Below, one piece after another: positions 37,015-46,162 of a DNA stretch of 64,000 nt. The notes beneath the pieces are model-generated. The model saw nothing but the letters and a program-made list of their open reading frames with translations. It was not told where the DNA came from and searched no databases. The position numbers and the translations under genes were made by a program. Source of the DNA: Sphingomonas sp. (GTDB lineage: Bacteria; Pseudomonadota; Alphaproteobacteria; Sphingomonadales; Sphingomonadaceae); assembly GCF_017744835.1 (NCBI RefSeq), contig NZ_JAGIAM010000006.1:148383-212382 (forward strand). Direction: 5' to 3'. Position 1 is the stretch's first letter; every line of letters starts with the position of its first letter.

Positions 37015-38345
37015 CCTCGACCACGGGGGCGGCGCGCGCGCCGCTGTTCGTGCGGGTCTTCGTGCTCATGCTCGTCTGCGTGGGCGTGATCCAGTTCATG
37101 AACCTGCTGCTGCTGATCGCGGCGCAGACGCCCTCGGCGCAGCTCTTCACCGTCGGCCAGATCGCCGATGCGATGCAGCGCGGCGAGGATGGCGAGGATA
37201 GCTTCATCGTGAAGCGGACTCCGGCGGTGACGCCCTCGCCGTGGAACCCGCGCGCCGAGCGTATCGAGCTGGCGATCGCCACGGCGCTCGGCGTCGCGCC
37301 CGACCGCGTCGACATCAGCTTCCCCACGCCCTTCATGCAGCGCGAGCAGAGGTTCGACCGCGCCAGCGTCCCGCGTCCGCTGCCCCCGGCGAGCCGTGCG
37401 GCGGCGCGCGACGTGGTGATTATCGGCGATTTCGCCGCCGCGCTGCGCCTGCCCGACGGCCAGTGGCTTCGCGTCTATTCGACCAACAGCTTCGAGCCTT
37501 GGCGCTGGTTCGTGCTGGTCTGGCTCGTCGTCTCCGTGATCGCGGTGGCGCCCTTCGCCTGGATGCTCGCGCGCCGCTTCGGCCGCCCGATCCGCACCTT
37601 CGCCGAGGCGGCCGAGCGGCTGGGGCGGGACCCCAAGGCGCCGCCGCTCCGCGTCGACGGGCCGGGCGAGATCGCCGAGGCGGCGGCGGCGTTCAATCGG
37701 ATGCAGGCGCGGCTCAATCGCTATGTCGACGATCGCACCACCGTGATCGCCGCGATCGCGCACGATCTGCGCACCCCGCTGATGCGGCTCAACCTCCGGC
37801 TCGAGAATGCCCCCGAAGCCGTGCGCGCGGCGTGCGAGGCCGATGTCGGCGAGATGCAGGCGATGATCTCGGCTGCGGTCTCCTATGTCCGGGATTCGAG
37901 CCGGATCGAGACGCGGCGCGCGCTCGACCTGCGCTCGCTCGCCGAGAATGTCGTCGACGAAGCGAGCGACCGCGGCAATGCCGTGACGCTCGCGCCCGGC
38001 GGGCCGCTGGTGATGGAAGGCGATCCGGTCGCGCTCAAGGCGCTGCTCAACAACCTCGTCTGCAACGCGATCAAATACGCCGACGGTGCCCGCGTCTCGC
38101 TGCAGCGCACCGACGGCAATGCGGTGATCGAAGTCGCCGACGACGGCCCCGGCATGCCGCCCGAGGACCTCGAGCGCGCCTTCGAGCCCTTCTTCCGTGG
38201 CGAACGCTCGCGCAACCGCGACACGGGCGGCTTCGGCCTGGGGCTGGCGAGCGCGCGGGCCGTGGCGCGCAGCCACGGCGGCGACGTCGCGCTCGAGAAC
38301 CGCCCCGAAGGCGGGCTCCTTGCCCGCGTGGTGCTGCCGATCTGA
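37011..38345 (+). CDS. Sensor histidine kinase (HAMP-HisKA-HATPase)
   Basis: Two TM segments; AIAHDLRTPL H-box, NLVCNAIKY, VADDGPG, FEPFFR, GFGLGLA. ATGA overlap with the regulator. Confidence 0.93.
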   Translation: MTSTTGAARAPLFVRVFVLMLVCVGVIQFMNLLLLIAAQTPSAQLFTVGQIADAMQRGEDGEDSFIVKRTPAVTPSPWNPRAERIELAIATALGVAPDRVDISFPTPFMQREQRFDRASVPRPLPPASRAAARDVVIIGDFAAALRLPDGQWLRVYSTNSFEPWRWFVLVWLVVSVIAVAPFAWMLARRFGRPIRTFAEAAERLGRDPKAPPLRVDGPGEIAEAAAAFNRMQARLNRYVDDRTTVIAAIAHDLRTPLMRLNLRLENAPEAVRAACEADVGEMQAMISAAVSYVRDSSRIETRRALDLRSLAENVVDEASDRGNAVTLAPGGPLVMEGDPVALKALLNNLVCNAIKYADGARVSLQRTDGNAVIEVADDGPGMPPEDLERAFEPFFRGERSRNRDTGGFGLGLASARAVARSHGGDVALENRPEGGLLARVVLPI

Positions 38346-38363
38346 TCAACCCGAAGAGCTAGC

Positions 38364-38770
38364 TTGTATCGACATTCATCTCCCCTTCCTTTCAGGGAGG
38401 GGAGCGCGTTACGCTAGCGTCGCCCCGCATCCTGCGCGACCAAAGGTCACACCAGGGTCACACTATCGCGGCGGTTCGAGCGGGCTGACCATCGGCCGAT
38501 CCGGCGGCGCGATGCCGGAAGTGGACACGACGGAAGTGGACAAAGTGGACATCCCAACGCGGGCGCATGCGCGTGCGTACGTGCCTGCGCGCGCGCATGT
38601 GCGTGTGCGCGCGAGACGCGATTATATTCAGATTGAGAAAGATCGTTCCCGTTCTGTTTCAGGTCAAATCCTATTTTGCAAGCGGCAAGATTTTGCGCGG
38701 GGGGCCTGGGTTGTATGACATTCGTCTCCCCTCCCAAAAGGGAGCGGAGCGCGTTAGGCTGAATGTCGAT
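38364..38770. repeat. Pair of about 52-bp hairpin-forming direct repeats (38364-38415, 38711-38760) bracketing an about 295-bp unexplained insert
   Basis: TTGTAT(C)GACATTC.TCTCCCC..GGGAG.GGAGCGCGTTA.GCT occurs twice; ATCGACATTC (38368) and GAATGTCGAT (38761) are a perfect 10-bp inverted pair. Confidence 0.7.
38516..38551 (+). repeat. 36-bp triple-repeat motif (AAGTGGACA x3), copy 1
   Basis: 33/36 identical to the reverse complement of 51499-51534. Confidence 0.8.
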
Positions 38771-38775
38771 TCGCC

Positions 38776-41274
38776 CTAGCGCCCCGCGCTGCCCGCCGGC
38801 CTGAGCACCAGCCGCTGGATCACCACGCCGGGATCGATCATCCACAGCTTGACCACGTGCCGCCCCGCCGCGCCCACGCGGTGGGTGCTCGCCGTCCGCC
38901 GCACCGACTCCGCCACGGCGCGGTTCCACTCGGCCTCGCCGGTGTTCGCCCACAGGTCGATCACTTGAGGCGGCGCGTCGTCGATCGACACGGCATAGCG
39001 CAGCCCGCGCCCGCCGGTGACGTCGAGCGAGGGGGAGGCGAGCACCTCCAGGGCGAAGTCGCCGCCCGCGTCCAGCCGCACGTCGAACTCCAGCCGCGGC
39101 CCCTTGCCCGGCGCTGCGGAGGGCGCGATCTGCGGCCAGGGCGTCACTGCCGCGCCGGTCTTGCCCAGCCCCGGGATCACCCGCCACTGCGCCGCGGTGG
39201 TCGGCACCGACCGCGCCGCATGCGCCGCATCGATCGTCAATGCGTAATCGGCCGGCGTGTTGGGGAGCGGCCGGGTGCGCGGTGCGTTCGCCGGCACGCG
39301 GCGCACTTCCGGCATCACGTCCTTGTCGGGCTGCTGCCAGCCCGTGTAGCCGATGTGCGTCTGGCTCATCATCGCGGCCCATTTGCCGCCCGCGCGGCTT
39401 TCGTAGCGGCGGCGGATCTCCGCATCCTTGGCGAAATAGCTCTCTGCGCGCGCCGCCCAGTCATTGGCCTGGCCGTCGCCATGCCCCGCGAAATAGCGGT
39501 TGAGTGCCACTGCTTGGTAGAGCCGGTGCAGGTTTCCGCCCGCCTCGATCGGATGGAGCACGAGCTGGTAAAAGGCGTCCTGCGCCTCCGCCGGCAGCTT
39601 CGCCGCAATGGCGTTCGCCTGCTTCTCCAGCCCGTCGAACTCGCCGACGTGCGCCGCCCATTCGGCGAGGCTGTAGGTATCGGAATCGATCAGCTCGGGC
39701 TTGCGGCGCGCCAGATAGCGCGTGGTCAGGTCGAGCAGCTCGCCGATCGCCGCAGCATGTTTCGGACCGAACTGCTCCGCCGCCCAGGCTTTGTGATATC
39801 CCGCCATCGCCTCCAGCGGCATCGCATCGGGGTTCCACGCCATGTCGAGGAAGAAGCTGGTCGGCAGCTCCATCGGCTTGAGGTCGCCCACATTGACGAT
39901 CCACAGCCGGTCCGCGCCATGCTTCCACGCCAGGTGCATCTGCTCCCAGGTGCGCGAGATCTGGTTGGTGTTGAGCCACTTGTAGTTGCGCGGGCCGCCC
40001 ACGTAGTCGAAGTGGTAATAGACCCCGAACCCGCCCGCGCGCGTCTCCCCCGGCTTGGGCAGGCGGCGGATGTTGCCCCAATTGTCGTCGGAGAAGAGCA
40101 GCGTCACGTCGTCGGGGACGCGCATGCCCTTGTCGTAATAGTCCTGCACTTCCTTGTAGAGCGCCCAGACCTGTGGCGTCTCCGCCGCCGGCCGGCCGGT
40201 CACCCCCTCGATGATCTTGCGCTGGTCCGCGACGATCCGCTCGAGCAGCGCGGTCGCGGTGCCCTGGGTCATCGGCTCGTCGCCGTCGCCGCGCATGCCC
40301 ACCGTCACCAGCGCCTCGCGCCCGGCGTTGCGCACCAATCCCTCGCGCCAGAACTCGCGGAGCACTTCGGCATTCCTGGTATAGTCCCACGGCCCCTTGC
40401 CGTGGCGCTCCCATTCGACATGCGCGCGCAGCATCGGCTCGTGGTGCGAGGTGCCGAGCACCACCCCCATCCGCTCCGCCAGCGCCGCGCTCGCCGGATC
40501 GTCCTCCCACAGCGATTTGCCCCACATCGCCGGCCACAGGTAATTGCCCTTGAGCCGCAGGATCAACTCGAACACCCGCTCGTAGAATTTGGCGTTGATC
40601 CCCCCGAAGGTGCCGCGCGCCCAATTGCCCAGCGCGGGCTCCTCGTCGTTGAGGAAGATGCCGCGATACTTCACGCCAGGCATCTCCACGCGCGCGCCGG
40701 GCAGCACGAACAGCCGCGCGCGCTTGCGCACCGGCACGTCGGCCCACCAGCTCCACGGCGAGACGCCGATACGCCGCGACAGGTCATAGGCGCCGAAGAT
40801 CGCCCCGCGCCGGTCGCTCCCCGCGATCACCAGCGCGCGACGGATGCCCGGTGCGGGATTGTCGACGATTTGCTGGACGAAGCTTTCCCATTGGCCGCGC
40901 ACCCCCGCCGCGTCGATCTTGCCCGCGGCGACCAGCGGCCGGATCAGGCTGCTGTCGAGCGTACCGATCAGGATCGCGTCGCTGCCCGCGCCCTTGGCGG
41001 CCTTGGCCGACACGCGCCCCAGGTCCGCGCGCAGAGCCTCCGCGGCGTCGCGCACTCCCGGCTGGTCGTCCTCCGCGCTCAGCACGCGCACCGCGCCCCC
41101 GCCGATCAACTGCAGCGCACCCGCGCCGCCGCGCTCGCACACCGCTGCCGGGCCGGCGCAATCCTGCGCGGTTGCGGGCGTCGCAAGCAGTGCCGCAGGG
41201 ATGAGGAGCAGGCCCTTCGCCAAATCGATGATCGTGCCGACAAGGCTGTCGCGCCGCGTGCGCGCTTCGTGCAT
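38776..41274 (-). CDS. GH115 alpha-glucuronidase
   Basis: LVIAGSDRRGAIFGAYDLS...IGVSPW.WWADVP, VKYRGIFLNDE, ELILRLKGNYLWPAMW, GTSHHEPM, TVGMRGDGD, DDNWGN, YYHFDYVG.PRNYKW, WIVNVGDLKPME. Confidence 0.93.
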   Translation of the reverse strand: MHEARTRRDSLVGTIIDLAKGLLLIPAALLATPATAQDCAGPAAVCERGGAGALQLIGGGAVRVLSAEDDQPGVRDAAEALRADLGRVSAKAAKGAGSDAILIGTLDSSLIRPLVAAGKIDAAGVRGQWESFVQQIVDNPAPGIRRALVIAGSDRRGAIFGAYDLSRRIGVSPWSWWADVPVRKRARLFVLPGARVEMPGVKYRGIFLNDEEPALGNWARGTFGGINAKFYERVFELILRLKGNYLWPAMWGKSLWEDDPASAALAERMGVVLGTSHHEPMLRAHVEWERHGKGPWDYTRNAEVLREFWREGLVRNAGREALVTVGMRGDGDEPMTQGTATALLERIVADQRKIIEGVTGRPAAETPQVWALYKEVQDYYDKGMRVPDDVTLLFSDDNWGNIRRLPKPGETRAGGFGVYYHFDYVGGPRNYKWLNTNQISRTWEQMHLAWKHGADRLWIVNVGDLKPMELPTSFFLDMAWNPDAMPLEAMAGYHKAWAAEQFGPKHAAAIGELLDLTTRYLARRKPELIDSDTYSLAEWAAHVGEFDGLEKQANAIAAKLPAEAQDAFYQLVLHPIEAGGNLHRLYQAVALNRYFAGHGDGQANDWAARAESYFAKDAEIRRRYESRAGGKWAAMMSQTHIGYTGWQQPDKDVMPEVRRVPANAPRTRPLPNTPADYALTIDAAHAARSVPTTAAQWRVIPGLGKTGAAVTPWPQIAPSAAPGKGPRLEFDVRLDAGGDFALEVLASPSLDVTGGRGLRYAVSIDDAPPQVIDLWANTGEAEWNRAVAESVRRTASTHRVGAAGRHVVKLWMIDPGVVIQRLVLRPAGSAGR

Positions 41275-41325
41275 AGTCCGTCTCCGTCACCCGCTTGCGC
41301 TGGTCTTTGCAGTGCCTTGCGTTGG

Positions 41326-41339
41326 TGATAGCGCTACCA
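41326..41339. promoter_or_regulatory. LacI-family operator TGATAGCGCTACCA
   Basis: 12/14 self-complementary, in the divergent GH115/Gfo promoter; exact reverse complement of 58939-58952. Confidence 0.75.
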
Positions 41340-41416
41340 AGAGGCGAGCGGCGCCGCGGAGTCAACCGCGGCGTGACGGCCCGCGGTTGGATGCAAGCGA
41401 GAGAGGGGAGCGCCTG

Positions 41417-42535
41417 ATGGGATGTGACGAACGGACCCGCCGCGAGATCCTCTACGGCATCGGCGCGGGCCTCACTGCGGCGGTGCTGCCGGGCGCCGGC
41501 TGGGCGCAGGGCGCGCCCAAGCGCAAGCTCGGCTATGCGATCGTCGGCCTCGGCAACTACGCCACGCGCCAGATCATGCCGCGGATCAAGGACTGCGAGT
41601 TCGCCCGCCTGACCGCGCTCGTCAGCGGTACGCCCGAGAAGCTCGAGCGCTACGGCGCCGAATACGGCATCCCGAAGACGCACCGCTACAGCTACGCCAA
41701 TTACGACAGCATCCGCGACAATCCCGACATCGACCTCGTCTATGTCGTGCTGCCCAATTCGATGCACGCCGAATATTCGATCCGCGCCAGCCAGGCCGGC
41801 AAGCATGTGCTGTGCGAGAAGCCGATGGCGATCTCCTCGGCCGAGTGCGAGGCGATGATCGCCGCGGCGAAGAAGGCGAACCGCAAGCTGATGATCGGCT
41901 ATCGTTGCCACTTCGAGCCCTACAATCTCCATGCGATCGAGCTGGTGAAAAGCGGCGTTGTCGGTCGCCCCACGCTGATCACCGCGGAGCACGGCTTCTA
42001 TGCCCAGCCCAACCAGTGGCGGCTCGACAAGCCGCTGTCGGGCGGCGGCTCGCTGATGGACATCGGCATCTACAGCCTCAATGCCGCGCGCTATCTCTCG
42101 GGCCAGGAACCCGTCGAGATCAGCGCGATGGAATCGACCGACCGCAGCGATCCGCGCTTCAAGACGGTCGAGGACCGGATCGACTGGCAGATGCGCTTCC
42201 CCTCGGGCGCGATCGCCGATTGCGTGTCGAGCTACAGCTCGGGCCACAACGCCTATCGCGTGACCGGCACCAAGGGGTGGGTCGGGCTCGATCCCGCGAC
42301 CCCCTATCAGGGGCAGCAGATGTGGGTGCGCCAGGACGGCCAGCCCACGCAGGTCACGCTGCCCGCGCCGGCCAAGAACCAGTTCGTAGCGCAGCTCGAT
42401 CATCTTGCCGAATGCGCCATGACCGGGCGCGAGCCGATCGTATCGGGCGAGGAGGGACTGCGCGACATGCGCCTCATCGAAGCGATCTATCGTTCGGCGC
42501 GCGAGGGCCGGGCGATCAAGCTGGGCGCCGCATGA
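41417..42535 (+). CDS. Tat-exported Gfo/Idh/MocA oxidoreductase (glucose-fructose/aldose-aldose oxidoreductase-like)
   Basis: TRREIL Tat signal; KLGYAIVGLGNYA, YVVLPNSMH, KHVLCEKPMA, LMIGYRCHF, GGGSLMDIGIYSLN. Confidence 0.88.
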   Translation: MGCDERTRREILYGIGAGLTAAVLPGAGWAQGAPKRKLGYAIVGLGNYATRQIMPRIKDCEFARLTALVSGTPEKLERYGAEYGIPKTHRYSYANYDSIRDNPDIDLVYVVLPNSMHAEYSIRASQAGKHVLCEKPMAISSAECEAMIAAAKKANRKLMIGYRCHFEPYNLHAIELVKSGVVGRPTLITAEHGFYAQPNQWRLDKPLSGGGSLMDIGIYSLNAARYLSGQEPVEISAMESTDRSDPRFKTVEDRIDWQMRFPSGAIADCVSSYSSGHNAYRVTGTKGWVGLDPATPYQGQQMWVRQDGQPTQVTLPAPAKNQFVAQLDHLAECAMTGREPIVSGEEGLRDMRLIEAIYRSAREGRAIKLGAA

Positions 42536-44808
42536 AGCTCGGTCGAAGGCAAGTGCTGGCCGCCGGTGCGCTGCTCGCGGCGCACAGCTGGGCTCCGGTC
42601 GCGGCCGAGAGCCGCCAGCGGCGCGATCACAGCCGCAGGATCAAGGCGCTGATCGCCGCGATGACCCTCGCCGAGAAGCTGGGGCAGATGACCCAGATCC
42701 CCGGCGGTCGGCAGAAGGCGCTCAATTCGAAGCTCGATTCGGCGATGCTCGACCGCGTCCGCCGCGGCGAGATCGGCTCCTTCCTCCATGTCGCCGGCGC
42801 CGCGCCGCTCAAGAAGCTGCAGAAGGTCGCGGTCGAGGAATCGCGCCTCGGCATCCCGCTGCTCTTCGCGATGGATGTGATCCACGGCTATCGCACAATC
42901 CTGCCCGTGCCGCTCGCGCTGGCGGCGAGCTGGGACGTTCAGCTGGCCGAAGAGGCCGCGCGCGTCGCCGCCGAAGAGGCCTGGGCCGCGGGGCTCCACT
43001 GGACCTTCACGCCGATGGTCGACGTCGCGCGCGACCCGCGCTGGGGTCGCATCGTCGAGGGCGCGGGTGAGGACCCCTATCTCAGCTCGCGCATGGCTGA
43101 GGCGCAGGTGCGCGGCTTCCAGACCGACGATCTGGGCGACGGCGTGCGCGTCATGGCCTGCGCCAAGCATTTCGTCGGCTATGGAGCGGTCGCCGCCGGC
43201 CGCGACTATGACAGCGCCGACCTGTCCGATCGCACGCTCCACGAAGTCTATCTGCCGCCCTTCGCCGCCGCGCAGCGCGCGGGCGTGGGCAGCATGATGA
43301 CGGCGTTCAACGACATCGGCGGCGTGCCGATGACCGCGAACGAGGGGCTGGTGCGCGGGCTGCTGCGCCAGGGCTGGGGCTATCAGGGGCTGGTCGTCAG
43401 CGACTGGAACGCCGTCAAGGAACTGGTCAACCACGGCGTCGCCGCCACGCCGGCCGAGGCCGCGGCGCTGGCGCTGCGCGCGGGCGTTGACATGGAGATG
43501 GCGAGCACCGAATATGCCGAGCATCTCGGCGAGGCGGTGCGGCAGGACCCGGGGCTCGAGCCGCTGATCGACCAGGCCGTCGAGCGCATCCTCGCTGCCA
43601 AGGCGCGGCTCGGGCTGTTCGACGAGCCCTATGGCTTCGGATCGCGGCGGGGCGACGACAGCCCCTCGGCGCGTCACCGCGCCTCCGCACGCCGCGCGGC
43701 GCAGCGCTCGATCGTGCTCCTGCGCAACGAAAACGCACTGCTTCCGCTCGCGCCGGGCAAGAGGGTCGCGCTGATCGGCGCGCTTGCCGACGACGACAGC
43801 TCGCCGCTCGGCTCGTGGCGCGGCCGCGGTGACGTGAACGACGTCGTCACGCTGCGCAAGGCACTGCCCGATGCCGAGTTCGTCCCAGGCGTCCGCCCGC
43901 GCAGCGACGATCGCTCGGGTATCCCCGCGGCCGTCGAGGCGGCGAAGCGCGCCGACGTCGTGCTGCTCGTGGTGGGCGAGGACTATGACTATACCGGCGA
44001 GGCGCGCAGCTATTCGCAGATCGGGCTGCCTGGGCCGCAGCAGGCGCTGATCGACGCGGTCCGGGCGACCGGCAAGCCGATCGTCGCCATCCTGATGAAC
44101 GGCCGCCCGCTCGCGCTCGAATCGGCGCTGCGCGGCATTCCCGCGGTGCTCGAGACCTGGTTCCTCGGCATCGAGAGCGGCCCTGCGATCGTCGACGTGC
44201 TCACCGGCAAGGTCTCGCCCGGCGGCCGCCTCCCGATCGGCTTCCCGCGCACCACCGGCCAGGTGCCGATGCCCTATGCCCATTACCCGACCGGCCGCCC
44301 CGCCGATCCGGACCTCAAGAACGACACGTCGCGCTACCACGATGTTGATATCGGCGCGCTTTTCCCCTTCGGCCATGGCCTGGGCTATGCGCCGTTCGAA
44401 TATTCGGGCCTCGCAGTGACGCCCGGCACGGTCGACGCGGGCGGCAGCGCCGAAGTCTCGGTCACCGTCGCGAACATGGGGCGGGTCGCCGCCGACGAAG
44501 TGGTGCAGCTTTACATCCGCGCGCCGGTCCCCGGCGTGTCGCGGCCGGTCAAGGAACTGCGCGGCTTTACGCGGCTCACGCTCCAGTCGGGCGAACGGCG
44601 CCGCGTCGCCTTCACGCTCGATCCCCAGCAATTCGCCTATTGGAGCCCTGACGGCTGGTCCTATCCGGGGGGCACGGTCGAGCTGATGGTGGGCACCTCG
44701 TCGGAGGACATCAGGATGCGTGCCAATCTCGAAGTGCGCGGCGGCTTCACCAGCCCCGCACCCGGCACGCCCGCGGCCTCGATCGAGACGCTAGTGACGA
44801 TCGCATGA
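42532..44808 (+). CDS. GH3 beta-glucosidase (BglX-like), Tat-exported
   Basis: GRRQVL Tat motif; DVIHG, PMVDVARDPRWGRIVEGAGEDP, CAKHF, VVSDW, VKELRGF. Confidence 0.92.
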   Translation: MKLGRRQVLAAGALLAAHSWAPVAAESRQRRDHSRRIKALIAAMTLAEKLGQMTQIPGGRQKALNSKLDSAMLDRVRRGEIGSFLHVAGAAPLKKLQKVAVEESRLGIPLLFAMDVIHGYRTILPVPLALAASWDVQLAEEAARVAAEEAWAAGLHWTFTPMVDVARDPRWGRIVEGAGEDPYLSSRMAEAQVRGFQTDDLGDGVRVMACAKHFVGYGAVAAGRDYDSADLSDRTLHEVYLPPFAAAQRAGVGSMMTAFNDIGGVPMTANEGLVRGLLRQGWGYQGLVVSDWNAVKELVNHGVAATPAEAAALALRAGVDMEMASTEYAEHLGEAVRQDPGLEPLIDQAVERILAAKARLGLFDEPYGFGSRRGDDSPSARHRASARRAAQRSIVLLRNENALLPLAPGKRVALIGALADDDSSPLGSWRGRGDVNDVVTLRKALPDAEFVPGVRPRSDDRSGIPAAVEAAKRADVVLLVVGEDYDYTGEARSYSQIGLPGPQQALIDAVRATGKPIVAILMNGRPLALESALRGIPAVLETWFLGIESGPAIVDVLTGKVSPGGRLPIGFPRTTGQVPMPYAHYPTGRPADPDLKNDTSRYHDVDIGALFPFGHGLGYAPFEYSGLAVTPGTVDAGGSAEVSVTVANMGRVAADEVVQLYIRAPVPGVSRPVKELRGFTRLTLQSGERRRVAFTLDPQQFAYWSPDGWSYPGGTVELMVGTSSEDIRMRANLEVRGGFTSPAPGTPAASIETLVTIA

Positions 44809-46151
44809 TCGGCGAGCCCTGGCATACGCTGGCGATCGTCACCGCCAGCATCGCGGCGGTCGTCGTGCTGGTGCTGCGCTTCAAGATCCAGGCATTCCTT
44901 GCGCTGCTGATCGTCGCGCTCGCCACCGGCCTGGCCTTCGGCGCCGATCCCCAGTCGGTCCTGACCGCGATCCGCAAGGGCACCGGCGAGGCCTTGGGCT
45001 TCGTCGCCGTGGTGATCGGCCTCGGCGCGCTGCTCGGCGGGCTGCTCGAGGCGAGCGGCGGAGTGAGCGCGATCGCGCACCGGCTGCTCGCGTTGTTCGG
45101 CGAGCGGCGCATGCCCTGGGCGCTGACGGCGATCGGCGTGATCGTCGGCATTCCGCTCTTCTTCGACGTCGCCTTCATCATCCTGGCGCCCTTGCTCACC
45201 ACGCTGGCGATGCGTGCCGAGCGCCGCGTGACCTATTTCGCGCTGCCTCTGCTCGCCGGCCTGATGGCGATGCACGCGCTGCTGCCGCCGCACCCCGGGC
45301 CCGTCGCCGTCGCCGAGCTGCTCGGCGCCGACTATGGCCGGCTCGCCTTCTACGGTCTGCTCTGCGGCATCCCCGCGGCGATCCTCGCCGGCCCGATTTT
45401 CGCGCGCATGTTCCACTCGGCGCCCGGCTTCGGCGAGATCGGCCCGCCGCCGATGTTCGACGAGGATGCGCCCAAGACCGCGCCGATCGGCTTCACCCCC
45501 GCGCTCGTCGCGATGCTGGTGCCGCTGGGGCTGATCCTGCTCGCCGCCGTCGCCGGCCAATGGGTTGCCGATGGCCCGGCCAAGACCGCGCTGCTCTTCG
45601 TCGGCCATCCGTTCACCGCGCTGATCCTCGCCTGCATCTACGTCTTCCTCTGGCTGCGCTTCCGGGTCGGCGTGCCCGCCGCGACGATCGGCGACATCAT
45701 GACGAAAGCGCTCGAACCCGCCGGCCTGATGGTGCTCGTGGTCGGCGCCGGCGCTGCCTACAAGGAAGTGCTGATCCAGTCGGGCGCCGGCCAGCAGATC
45801 ACCGCCGCCGTCGCCTCGGCGCAGGTGTCGGTGCCGGTCTTCGCCTTCCTGCTCGCCGCCTTCGTGCGCGTCGCGCAGGGTTCGGCGACCGTGTCGATGG
45901 TCACTGCCGCAGGCCTCGCCTCGCCGCTGATCGCCGCCGCGGGGCTCTCGCCCAACAAGATCGCGCTGGTGACGGTCGCGATCGGCGCGGGCGCGACCAT
46001 CGCCAGCCACGTCAACGACACCGGCTTCTGGCTGGTGAAGCAATATCTGGGGCTCACCGAGGCGCAGACCTTCCGGAGCTGGACGATCTCCGCGACCATC
46101 GCGGGCTTCGCCACCTTCGGCATGGCGCTGCTCCTCTGGCCCTTCGCATGA
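44805..46151 (+). CDS. GntP-family aldonate:H+ symporter
   Basis: IPLFFDVAF, LLPPHPGP, RVAQGSATVSMVTAAG, GAGATIASHVNDTGFWLV. Confidence 0.9.
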   Translation: MIGEPWHTLAIVTASIAAVVVLVLRFKIQAFLALLIVALATGLAFGADPQSVLTAIRKGTGEALGFVAVVIGLGALLGGLLEASGGVSAIAHRLLALFGERRMPWALTAIGVIVGIPLFFDVAFIILAPLLTTLAMRAERRVTYFALPLLAGLMAMHALLPPHPGPVAVAELLGADYGRLAFYGLLCGIPAAILAGPIFARMFHSAPGFGEIGPPPMFDEDAPKTAPIGFTPALVAMLVPLGLILLAAVAGQWVADGPAKTALLFVGHPFTALILACIYVFLWLRFRVGVPAATIGDIMTKALEPAGLMVLVVGAGAAYKEVLIQSGAGQQITAAVASAQVSVPVFAFLLAAFVRVAQGSATVSMVTAAGLASPLIAAAGLSPNKIALVTVAIGAGATIASHVNDTGFWLVKQYLGLTEAQTFRSWTISATIAGFATFGMALLLWPFA

Positions 46152-46162
46152 GGAGTAGAGGG

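Noticed and set aside
38516-38551. Mini-CRISPR interpretation of the AAGTGGACA repeats
   Set aside because: Units are 9 bp with 0-6 bp gaps, there are no spacers and no cas genes.
9802-44808. Extended N-termini given by the ORF track (11649, 11556, 22223, 26169, 32961, 35719, 40844, 41812)
   Set aside because: They overlap neighbours or promoters. RBSs, signal peptides and family N-termini support the shorter starts listed.
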